From Candidatus Poribacteria bacterium (GTDB lineage: Bacteria > Poribacteria > WGA-4E > WGA-3G): a stretch of 64,000 bases of DNA. Positions 46,496 through 56,198 of this stretch are shown here, piece after piece. How positions within the stretch are numbered: the stretch's first letter is position 1; every line of letters starts with the position of its first letter. A program made the translations under genes and the position numbers. The notes under the pieces were generated by a model, which made no database searches, was not told the DNA's origin, and was given only the letters and a program-made list of their open reading frames with translations. The stretch spans positions 17,315 to 81,314 of the forward strand of contig CBDBFU010000001.1 of assembly GCA_965205025.1 (NCBI GenBank), written 5' to 3'.

Positions 46496-48979
46496 ATGAT
46501 CAAGCATCTATTCTTAGTACTATTGTTTTTCGTACTTCCGTTATCTGTCCTTGCCCAAACCGGAACAATTGAAGGAACAGTTTTGCATGAAAGTACTGGT
46601 GAACCCTTAGCAGGTGCGGAGGTCCGAATCATTGAAATTGATCAACAGCAAACAACAGATGCAAATGGAAAATTTATGTTCACAGATATTGCGCCGGGAA
46701 CTTGGACGGTATCTGTAAACCACGAGGAATACACAACACGGACAAAAACACTAATTGATGTCCAAGTAGATGAAATCACAAAGGTAAAAATGTTCCTTAG
46801 GGAGGTTGTTGAACTTGAAACGGTTGTTGTAGAGGGGGATCGCCTTCCACCCCCAACAGTAAGTCGAAAACGGATCCTTGGCAGCGAACTACTCCGTATC
46901 CCTGGCACTGCTAACGACATCCTCCGTGGACTTACCACGTTGCCGGGTATTGGCATCCCAAACGATCTACTCGGTATCCTCTATATCCGCGGGAGCGAAC
47001 CGGATTCCAATCTTTACTATTTTGACAGAACACCTTTAGGTTATCCTTTTCACGGCGGTGGTTTACTTTCGACTATCAGTTCGGAAATTATTGACGATGT
47101 TGATATCTATGCAGGCGGGTACGGTGCCGAATTTGGGTTGGATTCGCAAAATGTCTTAGATATCCACTCGCGCAACCGGCTTGATAAAAGGTGGCGTGGG
47201 AAATTCAATCTCAATTTTCTGTATTCGGAGGGGATACTTGAAGGCAGAATTGGCAAGAAAGGGTACGCTTATGTCGCAGCACGACGAAGCTATTTAGACC
47301 TCATCATTGGACTTTTCACTGACGATGACTTCCCTTATTTTGCTGATTCTCAGTTCAAATTTGTTCAAGGTATCGGTAAAAATCATCTCCTTATGCTGAA
47401 TGCCTTCGCTGCAACGGACCATTTTAACACTGTGGGAGAGGTAACAAAAATTACGCCAGCAAAGGAACTGGAGGAATACGAATATTTACCGGGATCGGAA
47501 AATATGGAAGTGGCAGAAGTTAATATATGGAGCCCTTCTATGTACTTTAAAAATGGATTTGAGGGACAAGGCATCCATCTTCGCTCAAATTTCTCTGATA
47601 AGCTTACCTCTCATCTTTCTTTAACCCATTCTGTCAATTTTCTCAATGTTGAATTCCGCAATCCTATAGACGTGAAACGGGATGGTAACTTAATACATTT
47701 TCCAGATGATCCTATAACTCTCACCGCAAGATTTGATACGTACACAGTCCGAGTAAATGTGCCGGTATGGACACTTCGAGAGGATGTGACTTTCCGTTTA
47801 AACCCAAGGTTCCAAATAGAACCTGGTCTCCTTTTTTCTTTTAGTCCCGCCATCAGTTTTGAAGACAGTAAAGAGACACAGTTTGAGTCAGTTACAATAC
47901 ATAGTGAGTATCAAGTTACTCAAACGACAAAAGATCCAAACCCACCCCCTGGCACAGACACTGGTACGCAAGGAGGGGGTGGGACTCATACGGAGAGAGT
48001 ATTCACTGGCATAAAAGAGGCACACGATGAATTTGCCCACGATTTTTTTCGTGCTGAGGGATACCTCCAAGGACGATATAACCTATCCTCCTTCATGTCT
48101 GTTGCGCTTGGTGGCAGGCTTGATTATCTGGATCTGACAGAAGAGGTTTCAATTCAACCCAGGGGCAGCGTTAATTTTGAACTGCCGATCGGCTCTAATA
48201 TCCGATTCGGATATGGACACTATGAACAGAGTCCGAAACCGTATCAGATACTGGCAGAAAATGGGAATCCAGCGTTGAAATCCAGTCTTGCACAGCACTA
48301 TATTTTGGAAGTTGAACATAAAATCTCACCACAAACAGAAGTCAAACTCGCCACCTATTATAAAAACTCGGATAAGTTGGTGACAAAGAACAGTGCTGGA
48401 AATTACCTGAATCAGGGAGCGGGATATATTGGCGGTGCAGAGGCTTTTGTGCGGCACCGTGTTTTAGATAAGTTCTTCGGTTGGATTTCATATAGTTATA
48501 CACATGCTGAGCGTCGCGATAACCCACACTCCCTCTATAAACCCCATCTCTTTGATAGGACACACATTGTTAGCATCGTTGCTAACTATAATTTCACACC
48601 GAATTTTGAGATAGGTGCAAAGTGGCAGTATCTCAGCGGAACGTCAGAAGCACCCGTCAATTCAATTACGCTGATTCAAGATCCGATAACGCGTGGGTTG
48701 AATCCATTGCTCGCTTCCGCTGAAGAAAACTTCACTGTTGAACTCGATCCGTACCATAAGTTGGACATGCGGGTGAGTCGCAAATGGAAGTTATGGGGAA
48801 CACAGATTGGCGGATTCCTTGATATAATAAACATATATAATCGCAAAAATAAAATAAAAATTGTTATTGATGAACCACAGGAGATCACAGGGACTGATAA
48901 CATCTACCTTGAGGAGGGTACAGGTGAATTACCACAACTGCCATTGATCGTCTACCTTGGATTAACCCTTGATTTCTGA
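46496..48979 (+). CDS. TonB-dependent receptor with N-terminal carboxypeptidase-regulatory-like domain
   Basis: Signal peptide, LETVVV TonB-box-like, LYIRG plug, GGYGAEFG, barrel strands, terminal Phe. Confidence 0.92.
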   Translation: MIKHLFLVLLFFVLPLSVLAQTGTIEGTVLHESTGEPLAGAEVRIIEIDQQQTTDANGKFMFTDIAPGTWTVSVNHEEYTTRTKTLIDVQVDEITKVKMFLREVVELETVVVEGDRLPPPTVSRKRILGSELLRIPGTANDILRGLTTLPGIGIPNDLLGILYIRGSEPDSNLYYFDRTPLGYPFHGGGLLSTISSEIIDDVDIYAGGYGAEFGLDSQNVLDIHSRNRLDKRWRGKFNLNFLYSEGILEGRIGKKGYAYVAARRSYLDLIIGLFTDDDFPYFADSQFKFVQGIGKNHLLMLNAFAATDHFNTVGEVTKITPAKELEEYEYLPGSENMEVAEVNIWSPSMYFKNGFEGQGIHLRSNFSDKLTSHLSLTHSVNFLNVEFRNPIDVKRDGNLIHFPDDPITLTARFDTYTVRVNVPVWTLREDVTFRLNPRFQIEPGLLFSFSPAISFEDSKETQFESVTIHSEYQVTQTTKDPNPPPGTDTGTQGGGGTHTERVFTGIKEAHDEFAHDFFRAEGYLQGRYNLSSFMSVALGGRLDYLDLTEEVSIQPRGSVNFELPIGSNIRFGYGHYEQSPKPYQILAENGNPALKSSLAQHYILEVEHKISPQTEVKLATYYKNSDKLVTKNSAGNYLNQGAGYIGGAEAFVRHRVLDKFFGWISYSYTHAERRDNPHSLYKPHLFDRTHIVSIVANYNFTPNFEIGAKWQYLSGTSEAPVNSITLIQDPITRGLNPLLASAEENFTVELDPYHKLDMRVSRKWKLWGTQIGGFLDIINIYNRKNKIKIVIDEPQEITGTDNIYLEEGTGELPQLPLIVYLGLTLDF

Positions 48980-49077
48980 TTCAGCAGCATTTTGTTTTCT
49001 TAACGCCAACCTTCTTTTTGATATATCAACAAAAAACATCAAAATCCATGTTGCTTGTTATAGTTAAATTAACGGAT

Positions 49078-49167
49078 GTGATTCACGGAGGATGAGCACA
49101 TATTATTTATAAACCCTTATAGAATCAGGGTTCATGAAATTGCTCCGTGAAGGTTTCCGTGAAAGTG
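49078..49167. repeat. TTCACGGA/TCCGTGAA inverted-repeat module, uninterrupted copy
   Basis: Matches 13628..13834 without the MITE. Confidence 0.8.
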
Positions 49168-49337
49168 GTACCATCTCCCTTTGAAAAATATTAACACTTT
49201 TCCAGTGGTGTGATTGAATGTAAGAACAAAAGTTTTGATATTGAGCTTATGTTCCCTTTATTCCTTGATTCAAATCAGTGAAGGGAGTATGCTATACAAT
49301 AAGATTTCTATGAATATGTCCATAATCCGTAAACTGC

Positions 49338-51437
49338 ATGTACAACACCATCCTTTTTTATACCGTCCTAATTTTACTATGTATAGGAACGCCATCTGCA
49401 ATTTGCCAATCCCAAGAATTGGTTTCAATTTACGGACAAATCACAGATAAACAGAATAATCCACTCTCCAATTACACCATTTCAACAATTTCACCAAAAA
49501 ACAACATTACTTATGCTACCACAACCAATTCTGGAGGACAGTTTACGCTTAGAAACCTTCATGTTGGCACTTGGGAGGTAAAAGTTCTATACGATAGCAC
49601 TCTACTTACTCAACGTGAGGTTATTGTTGCTGAAAAATCCAAACTCAGAACGGATTTCGTGATTGAAGGGAAAGCAAGCATCTCAGGTTTTCTACTGGAT
49701 TCTACCAATAAACAACCGATACCAATAACAAGTTCCATAAAGGTTGTCCTGCTCACAGTCGACGGTGAACCATCAGATCAAATCTACAATGGTGAGGTAT
49801 CCAATGGATATTTCCAAATAGAGAATCTGTTACCGGGACGGTACAAGTTTATCGATGGGTTTGATGGGTTCGTTTTCTCAAAGTTAGATTCTCCTATGGT
49901 GAGAGTCTATGCTGCTAACCACGTTGGCGGCGTTGAGATCTATCTGAAAACGGGTGCATCTATCCAAGGTCGAATCGTTGATTCGAAAAACGGTCAGCCA
50001 GTCTCCAATGTTTTTGTCAGTGTAGCATCAGAAAAAAGCGATAGCATATATCCTGATGGACAATTTCTACATGAGACAGAGACAGATATAAACGGAGCAT
50101 TCCAAATCACGACACCGAATGAATCGGATATCTACTATGCATTCACAATAATAGCATCACATCCCCGGTATCAGACACAACGTTGGCAGTGGGAGATGAC
50201 CCCAAGTAAAAAAGATTATGCGTTAGGTGACCTGACATTAAACCCGTTTCTCGCGCTGCAAGGCACCGTTTACCCCACAAACTCAAAAAACAACGTTGAA
50301 GAACTGGTAGTACAGTTAAAGATGCACAATAAGTCTGCGGATTTTTTTCGTGCTGCAGCACAACCTGAACATACCGTTTACACCGATACACACGGGAGAT
50401 TTCTTTTCTCCGAACTCCATCCAATTACCTACAGTTTGACTGTTACACAGAATGATGTTATTATTGGTTTCTTAGAGTCGGTCGATCCACAAAGCAGTAT
50501 ACCCGTAAGAATCCGAATACCAAAACTGAAAACGTTACGTGGTACTGTTGTTGATACACAGCAACAACCTATAGTAGGGGTTCATCTATATGCTGCACAC
50601 CGTACCGATAATTCTTACGCACATGACATTCTCCTTTCCCAGACACAAACGGATACTAACGGGAATTTCACAATGCAGCTATATAAAACCAAGTCGCAAC
50701 GTTTATCGGTTGAAGTATCAAAAAAGGGATATCTTGCAAGAGTATATCCGAACGTCACGATTGAAAAAGATCCGTTGATTATTACCCTACATAAAGGGTA
50801 TGCTATTAAGGGACAGGTTATTCTTCCAAAAGATATACCATCAGACGGATACTATGAGGTAAAGGTATTCAATCATAACACGAAAATGATGCCAACACTC
50901 AACCCGTTAGCCTTGAACAAACCGCTGATGTCCAAACGATTTCCTGTTACAGAACAGACTTTTCTTATAGATGGATTATTTGAGGAACAGTATACAGTTT
51001 ACCTTATTGGGGATGGTGTTGCAGCAACTGCAACAGATGTAAAAGCATCGGAGAATGGCGGGGAAGTGTTTATCGTAGCAGATAAACTAACGGTGGGAAT
51101 AAAGGGACAATTGTTATGGACAGATACAGGGGAACCTGTACAGAATGCCGTAGTATCACGTTCGTGGTATCCGTGGGAATTGAGTCGATATGATATGTCT
51201 TTAACATTAGATCGTTTTGAAACAGAGACAGATACTCAAGGCATGTTTTCGTTTACAAACTTGACGCAAGCTCGTTATGAATTAAACATTCGTGCTGTCC
51301 AATCGAAATTTGATAAAGATTTAAAAACCTATCAACGTTTTTATATACAGAAACAGGTTCCAATTCCTTATTGTAGTGATAATATTCATCGTATCTATAT
51401 CGGGAAATCGGATGGTACACAATTTATACAAGAATAA
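49338..51437 (+). CDS. Secreted protein with tandem carboxypeptidase-regulatory-like beta-sandwich repeats
   Basis: Repeated I.G.V.D...QP...TD..G.F motifs; signal peptide. Confidence 0.85.
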   Translation: MYNTILFYTVLILLCIGTPSAICQSQELVSIYGQITDKQNNPLSNYTISTISPKNNITYATTTNSGGQFTLRNLHVGTWEVKVLYDSTLLTQREVIVAEKSKLRTDFVIEGKASISGFLLDSTNKQPIPITSSIKVVLLTVDGEPSDQIYNGEVSNGYFQIENLLPGRYKFIDGFDGFVFSKLDSPMVRVYAANHVGGVEIYLKTGASIQGRIVDSKNGQPVSNVFVSVASEKSDSIYPDGQFLHETETDINGAFQITTPNESDIYYAFTIIASHPRYQTQRWQWEMTPSKKDYALGDLTLNPFLALQGTVYPTNSKNNVEELVVQLKMHNKSADFFRAAAQPEHTVYTDTHGRFLFSELHPITYSLTVTQNDVIIGFLESVDPQSSIPVRIRIPKLKTLRGTVVDTQQQPIVGVHLYAAHRTDNSYAHDILLSQTQTDTNGNFTMQLYKTKSQRLSVEVSKKGYLARVYPNVTIEKDPLIITLHKGYAIKGQVILPKDIPSDGYYEVKVFNHNTKMMPTLNPLALNKPLMSKRFPVTEQTFLIDGLFEEQYTVYLIGDGVAATATDVKASENGGEVFIVADKLTVGIKGQLLWTDTGEPVQNAVVSRSWYPWELSRYDMSLTLDRFETETDTQGMFSFTNLTQARYELNIRAVQSKFDKDLKTYQRFYIQKQVPIPYCSDNIHRIYIGKSDGTQFIQE

Positions 51438-51484
51438 TAATGAATAAAGAAAGGTCTAAGTAAAATCAATATTTAAAGCTAATT

Positions 51485-51687
51485 ATGCCTCGTAAACTAA
51501 GAGAACTCATAAAAGATCTTGAAACTGCTGGGTTTATAAACCGTGGTGGAAAAGGAAGTCATAAAAAATATATACATCCTAAGATTTCCAAATTAGTTGT
51601 ACTTTCAGGCAAACTAAGTTCTGATGCAAACACTATCAAGAAAAGGCTGTAAAAGCAGCAATTCAGGAGGTAGAAAATGAAACTTAG
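51485..51687 (+). CDS. hicA: HicA toxin (absent from the ORF track; one-base deletion near 51630)
   Basis: MPRKLRELIKDLETAGF...GGKGSH...HP; the shifted frame gives HYQEKAVKAAI. Confidence 0.8.
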
Positions 51688-51919
51688 TACTCGGTATGTA
51701 AAAATTGTTGAATGGTCTAATGATGATCAATGTTATGTTGGGAGTTGTCCCGGTCTCTTTTTGGGAGGATGTCATGGGGACAATGAACAAGAAGTATTTT
51801 CACAATTGTGTGATATTGTTGAGGAAGTTATATTGGATTTCCAGCGCGAGGGTAAGGAATTACCGCTGCCAACAGCAGGAATGGATTACGCTAACGAGAT
51901 GTTAAAAATTGCTTGGTAA
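51677..51919 (+). CDS. hicB: HicB-like antitoxin
   Basis: IVEWSNDDQCYVGSCPGL..GGCHGD..EV...GKELP; overlaps hicA; GGAGG RBS. Confidence 0.85.
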   Translation: MKLSTRYVKIVEWSNDDQCYVGSCPGLFLGGCHGDNEQEVFSQLCDIVEEVILDFQREGKELPLPTAGMDYANEMLKIAW

Positions 51920-51968
51920 GAGTCTGCTATAGTTTGGACACTTTTAGGCGATACACCTTTCGCCCCGC

Positions 51969-52155
51969 GAATCAACGGTATGAATGCCATGAATCAACGG
52001 TATGAATGCCATATGAAGATTAATTTTTAAATTCGGTAGTTTTAAAGATAAGATCCAGTGCGGTTAGGAAACCGCACCTACCGGGTTTGGTAAAATTAGA
52101 ATTACCGAAATATTTACTTAATCCTCATTAGGCATTCACCGGGCATTCACCGGGG
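51969..52155. repeat. Composite repeat: GAATCAACGGTATGAATGCCAT x2 + MITE + GGCATTCACCG x2
   Basis: A related uninterrupted unit lies at about 57207-57241; a partial inverse copy lies at 44773-44790. Confidence 0.8.
52013..52128. mobile_element. ~116-bp MITE-like element, copy 2
   Basis: Near-identical to 13674..13788. Confidence 0.8.
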
Positions 52156-52165
52156 CTGCTATTCT

Positions 52166-52852
52166 ATGTTTATCAACTCACAGTTTTTGAAAAGATTCAT
52201 TTCCATCTATATTCTCTTCGCACTTCCTTGCATAGTGTATGCCGTGACATACCAAACTGACTTTACGCAAGAGATAGAAGAGGATTGGCAATTGCATGGA
52301 AGCGACTCTATATGGCACATTGAAGAGGGGTATCTCCGCACAGAAATTAAAACACAGAAACAGTGGCAAACTGTGTTTCAAGTTTACCAATTTATCGGAA
52401 TTCGAGGACCGTATCATCACCTTACCATTCGTGCTGAAGATATTGGCGCAGATGAATTACGATTTGGTATTGCACTCGGGAAACATTTCCTAAATGACGA
52501 TGGAGAAATAGAAGAAACGGGTTATTACCTGTTTTTTACAAACGATATGCAGACTGCAAGAGACACAAACGTGTTTCCAAGTCCGGGTAAACGTTGGGGG
52601 ACAGATGCATTGAAATTAATGGAATTGCATTTTGACACGGGAAGGTTTCAACTGTTAGGTGATGGTGAATCGCGCATGGACTTTAGGGACGAGAACTTAT
52701 TGTATCTTGATATAATCGGATTTGTGCTACTCGGATATGTTACAGATATGAAAAATACAGGAGAAGGGTGGGTGAATAAGATTACTATTTCCGGACTTCC
52801 CGTTACACCGAAAAGAAAACTGACAACTATATGGGGACACCTAAAAAAATAA
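52166..52852 (+). CDS. Secreted beta-sandwich-like protein with KLxTxW tail
   Basis: Signal peptide; paralog of 53639..54355; ends VTPKRKLTTIWGHLKK. Confidence 0.75.
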   Translation: MFINSQFLKRFISIYILFALPCIVYAVTYQTDFTQEIEEDWQLHGSDSIWHIEEGYLRTEIKTQKQWQTVFQVYQFIGIRGPYHHLTIRAEDIGADELRFGIALGKHFLNDDGEIEETGYYLFFTNDMQTARDTNVFPSPGKRWGTDALKLMELHFDTGRFQLLGDGESRMDFRDENLLYLDIIGFVLLGYVTDMKNTGEGWVNKITISGLPVTPKRKLTTIWGHLKK

Positions 52853-52854
52853 GA

Positions 52855-53610
52855 ATGCTACGGAAAAATTTAGATCTGTTATTAAATATATTATTACTTC
52901 TCATTGTCATAGGTGTTATATCTTGGACGAAGTTCGCTGGCGCGAAGCTAAATCCGGGGGAACGTGCCAATCCTGCAGCATCGGGGAAGTATTATAGAAC
53001 TCCTGGACAAGATAGAAAGTGGTTCGGTCCGGAAATCAATTCTCTCACCCTATGTGAGGGTGTACATAACCCTTACAATAATAGAGGCTTTTTTGATATT
53101 GTAGAAACTATCGAGAATGCAGTGGTGTCCAAATCCTCTATTCGGGGGGCATTATATTGGTATCGACGACAAAAATGGGGATTTAGCTCAGACAAAACAC
53201 CATGGGGAACAAATGAATCGATTATCACGCTTAACGATGACCTTGGATGGAGTGAAATAAATCCTGGTAGTGGTACAACAGGTTACCCGTGGAGTGGAAT
53301 TGAGAAGCATTGGCGAGATGGGAACATCATACGAGCACAAGCATCTGTGATGGGATGGCGACGGTATGCGCGTGGTAATGAGCGATGGGTTTGCCCTATG
53401 TATTATAAGATCGGTGGATGGCAAGGTGAAAGTCTTGAAGTGAATTGTAAAACATTACGAACATGGTTTCCTCCAGATTGGAATGTCTTGAAACAGAGAG
53501 ATGGGGATTTTGGTAGACCTATTGAGCGGAAAATTGGTGTGTTGAGTCGAAAGGGAAGAAGAACACAACGTTGGTACGATTGCATAAGAATTGATGCTGG
53601 TGCTCGTTGA
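52855..53610 (+). CDS. Secreted/anchored Trp-Gly-Arg-rich hypothetical protein
   Basis: N-terminal hydrophobic helix; probable start is ATG 52855, just after the upstream stop. Confidence 0.7.
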   Translation: MLRKNLDLLLNILLLLIVIGVISWTKFAGAKLNPGERANPAASGKYYRTPGQDRKWFGPEINSLTLCEGVHNPYNNRGFFDIVETIENAVVSKSSIRGALYWYRRQKWGFSSDKTPWGTNESIITLNDDLGWSEINPGSGTTGYPWSGIEKHWRDGNIIRAQASVMGWRRYARGNERWVCPMYYKIGGWQGESLEVNCKTLRTWFPPDWNVLKQRDGDFGRPIERKIGVLSRKGRRTQRWYDCIRIDAGAR

Positions 53611-53638
53611 ATAAAGTTAGTCTATTGTAGAATACGGT

Positions 53639-54355
53639 TTGTGTATGCAAAATAAACTAAGACACCCCATCTCAATATTAATCATAACCCTACTTTCAAT
53701 TGGAATTACTATACCCGCATCTTCAGAAACGTGGCGTGACGATTTTGAGGCACCAAACCCAGAAGCATGGGACATCGTTGGGAATGATAATGTCTGGAAG
53801 GTTGAGGATGGATTCTTACGTATTCATGTTAACCGAGATTGGGAAATAGATTATGATCTATTCCAATTCACTGCAATCCCAGGTCCATATAGAGATTTTA
53901 CCGTGAAAATAAAGGACTTTGGTGGAGACCAACTCCGTTTTGGGTTTTGCGTAGGACGGCAGTTTCCTGATACGGCAGATGAAGATCCATTTTACTATGT
54001 TTTCTTTCCTAATGAAATCAGAGCACGGCGTTTTAATGGAAGAGGGGAAAGCCATCCGTTTCAATATCGGTTGTCGCGTGAACCACGTATGCGATGGGAT
54101 ACCGATGTCTTAAATACAATGGAGCTTCATTTCAATTCTGGTAATTTTCTACTGTTCGCTGATGGTGAATTCCGAACGAAATTTCGTGATAAGAACTTTA
54201 GTCGAATAGAGATTATGGGTTTTGTCGCTGAGGGTATAAATATCGCAAACCAATGGGAAGGTGATGGATGGATTGATTCCTTCATGCTTTCTGGACTCCA
54301 TGTTTCTCCAGAGGTTAAAGTGACATCATTGTGGTCACAACTCAAGAGGAGATGA
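53639..54355 (+). CDS. Secreted protein, paralog of 52166..52852
   Basis: Shared W..EDG.LR, GPY, LRFG, W.TD.L..MELHF..G.F.L..DGE.R..FRD.N; ends VSPEVKVTSLWSQLKRR. Confidence 0.75.
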   Translation: MCMQNKLRHPISILIITLLSIGITIPASSETWRDDFEAPNPEAWDIVGNDNVWKVEDGFLRIHVNRDWEIDYDLFQFTAIPGPYRDFTVKIKDFGGDQLRFGFCVGRQFPDTADEDPFYYVFFPNEIRARRFNGRGESHPFQYRLSREPRMRWDTDVLNTMELHFNSGNFLLFADGEFRTKFRDKNFSRIEIMGFVAEGINIANQWEGDGWIDSFMLSGLHVSPEVKVTSLWSQLKRR

Positions 54356-54361
54356 ACCCTT

Positions 54362-54862
54362 GTGAACCATAACAATTTGCATAGTGAAGAAAAAGACATC
54401 AACCATCAGAAAACATCACGAAAAAACTTCCATGAGTTTGTAGTTGTTTGTGTGTGGATATGGGGCGGTGCATTAACCCTTTGGGGTGTGGACGGGTTAG
54501 GTCTACTTTCAAAGACCACACCCTATCCATTGAATTCAACCCGTCAAGTAGATTTTCCGGCAGTCCACCAAATATGGAAAAAAGGAGATGCGGTTTTTGT
54601 AGATACGCGTTCCGCAGCCAGTTTCAGACGCGGACATATACCGGGATCAATAAATGTACCCGTAAACCGTGTAATTTCAGCAATATCCGACTTACCTGTT
54701 AACAAAGAGACATATTTGATTACATATTGTGGTAGTGTTGAATGTCCTAACGCATACCAACTGATGAATATTCTCTTAGGTCGGGGTTATACCAACGTGA
54801 AGTTTTTTCCACGCGGGTTGAGAGGTTGGCAAGCATTAGGATACCCACTGGAAACAGAATGA
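54362..54862 (+). CDS. Membrane-anchored rhodanese-like protein
   Basis: FVDTRS...FRRGHIPGSINVP, TYCGSVEC, GLRGW. Confidence 0.88.
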   Translation: MNHNNLHSEEKDINHQKTSRKNFHEFVVVCVWIWGGALTLWGVDGLGLLSKTTPYPLNSTRQVDFPAVHQIWKKGDAVFVDTRSAASFRRGHIPGSINVPVNRVISAISDLPVNKETYLITYCGSVECPNAYQLMNILLGRGYTNVKFFPRGLRGWQALGYPLETE

Positions 54863-55329
54863 AAATATCGCAGTGGTGGATAACAACTCTAAGGGTTTTT
54901 ATTGGATTAATTCTCTTTTTCGCTGGAATTACCAAACTGACAAGTTTCAATGCATTTGTTGCTGATGTGTCAAGCTATCAGGTAATTCCCATAACAATGC
55001 TAAAGCCTGTAAGTTATCTGTTGGTTTCTGCTGAGATTACCTTGGGATTAGGATTGGGAATCGGATATTTTTCGAGAGGTGCAAGTATACTTGCATCAAT
55101 CCTATTTGTTGTCTTTTCAGTAGTATTGGTATATGTCTTATTACAAGACTTGCCTGTCACAGATTGTGGTTGCGGGAACATCCTATTTAGTCTATTAGAA
55201 ATGTTAGGGGTATCAGTTTCAACGCCAAATTGGAAGATGGTTTTTACGGATGTTGTATTGACAGGTGCATGTATAGGGATTGCGAGTTCATCTCAACAAG
55301 GATACGGTTTGGATTCATTCGTACGGTAG
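54859..55329 (+). CDS. MauE/DoxX family membrane protein
   Basis: LRVFIG..FFAG..K, AEI.LG, DCGC; ATGA overlap with the rhodanese gene. Confidence 0.85.
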   Translation: MKISQWWITTLRVFIGLILFFAGITKLTSFNAFVADVSSYQVIPITMLKPVSYLLVSAEITLGLGLGIGYFSRGASILASILFVVFSVVLVYVLLQDLPVTDCGCGNILFSLLEMLGVSVSTPNWKMVFTDVVLTGACIGIASSSQQGYGLDSFVR

Positions 55330-55348
55330 GAGTAGTTTGGTGTTATCT

Positions 55349-56077
55349 TTACGAATCAGCACAGATCGCATCCGTACTGAGTATATCATAATACGGTTGA
55401 CACTCGGATAAAATCTCTTCTAATGATTCAGGAAACGGTTCAGTTTTTGGTCGATACGGTGCAAAACCCTCACTCTTGTGTAGATTCTGATACCAATACG
55501 GTGCCCACACCCCATCCGAAGGATTACCACCTTGTTTCCACGATAGCATCGCTTCCTCAAACGGTAGATTTAATCGATCACATAGTTTAGATAAAATCTT
55601 TTTTGGTGCCAGGAGCAATTCCCGTGAATCTAAAATAGGTGGTGACTGTCCTATTTTCTGTAAGTCTTCCAATAATTCCACCTGTATATTAAATCCTGTA
55701 TCCTTCATTTTTGGTATCCCGATAACATTCGCTAAGGATGGTAGCATTTCTTTGGGATTACGGATAAGCAGTACGTTAACCGTCTTTTCCATAAACGATC
55801 TATCTATATCAACCAGATGGTGTGCCATCTGTTTCATAAAGAGGACTGGCTTTTCACAAGGACCGAGAATAACGTCCCGGATGACAGTATCCCCATCTGT
55901 CTGCATAGTTGCCAATACCTCTTCACGTACGGGATGTATGGTACCCGTGACGTGTAAGTAATGTGCATACAACGGTTCATCAAGGATTTGTGTATCGCTC
56001 CGTTGTCCGAAGGCATACATTAAGGCAGTGGAGACATTTCGTGGTCCCGACCAGAGACAGATTCGTTTTGTTTGCAT
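55349..56077 (-). CDS. Sulfotransferase-like P-loop protein
   Basis: LWSGPRNVSTALMY, DEPLY, FMKQMAHH, LIRNP, MLSW, GVWAPYWY. Confidence 0.85.
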   Translation of the reverse strand: MQTKRICLWSGPRNVSTALMYAFGQRSDTQILDEPLYAHYLHVTGTIHPVREEVLATMQTDGDTVIRDVILGPCEKPVLFMKQMAHHLVDIDRSFMEKTVNVLLIRNPKEMLPSLANVIGIPKMKDTGFNIQVELLEDLQKIGQSPPILDSRELLLAPKKILSKLCDRLNLPFEEAMLSWKQGGNPSDGVWAPYWYQNLHKSEGFAPYRPKTEPFPESLEEILSECQPYYDILSTDAICADS

Positions 56078-56198
56078 GTGATTCTTGACCTACATATAAT
56101 ATAATGGTATATATCATACAAGTCAAGAATAGTTAAGATCGAGGATCGGAATCCCTACAGACCCCGGGGTTAGAAATCGCTCCATAGGTGTCAATTTA

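Noticed and set aside
51485-51687. hicA as a genuinely inactivated toxin
   Set aside because: A single missing A in an A-run cannot be told apart from the indel errors seen elsewhere in the window.
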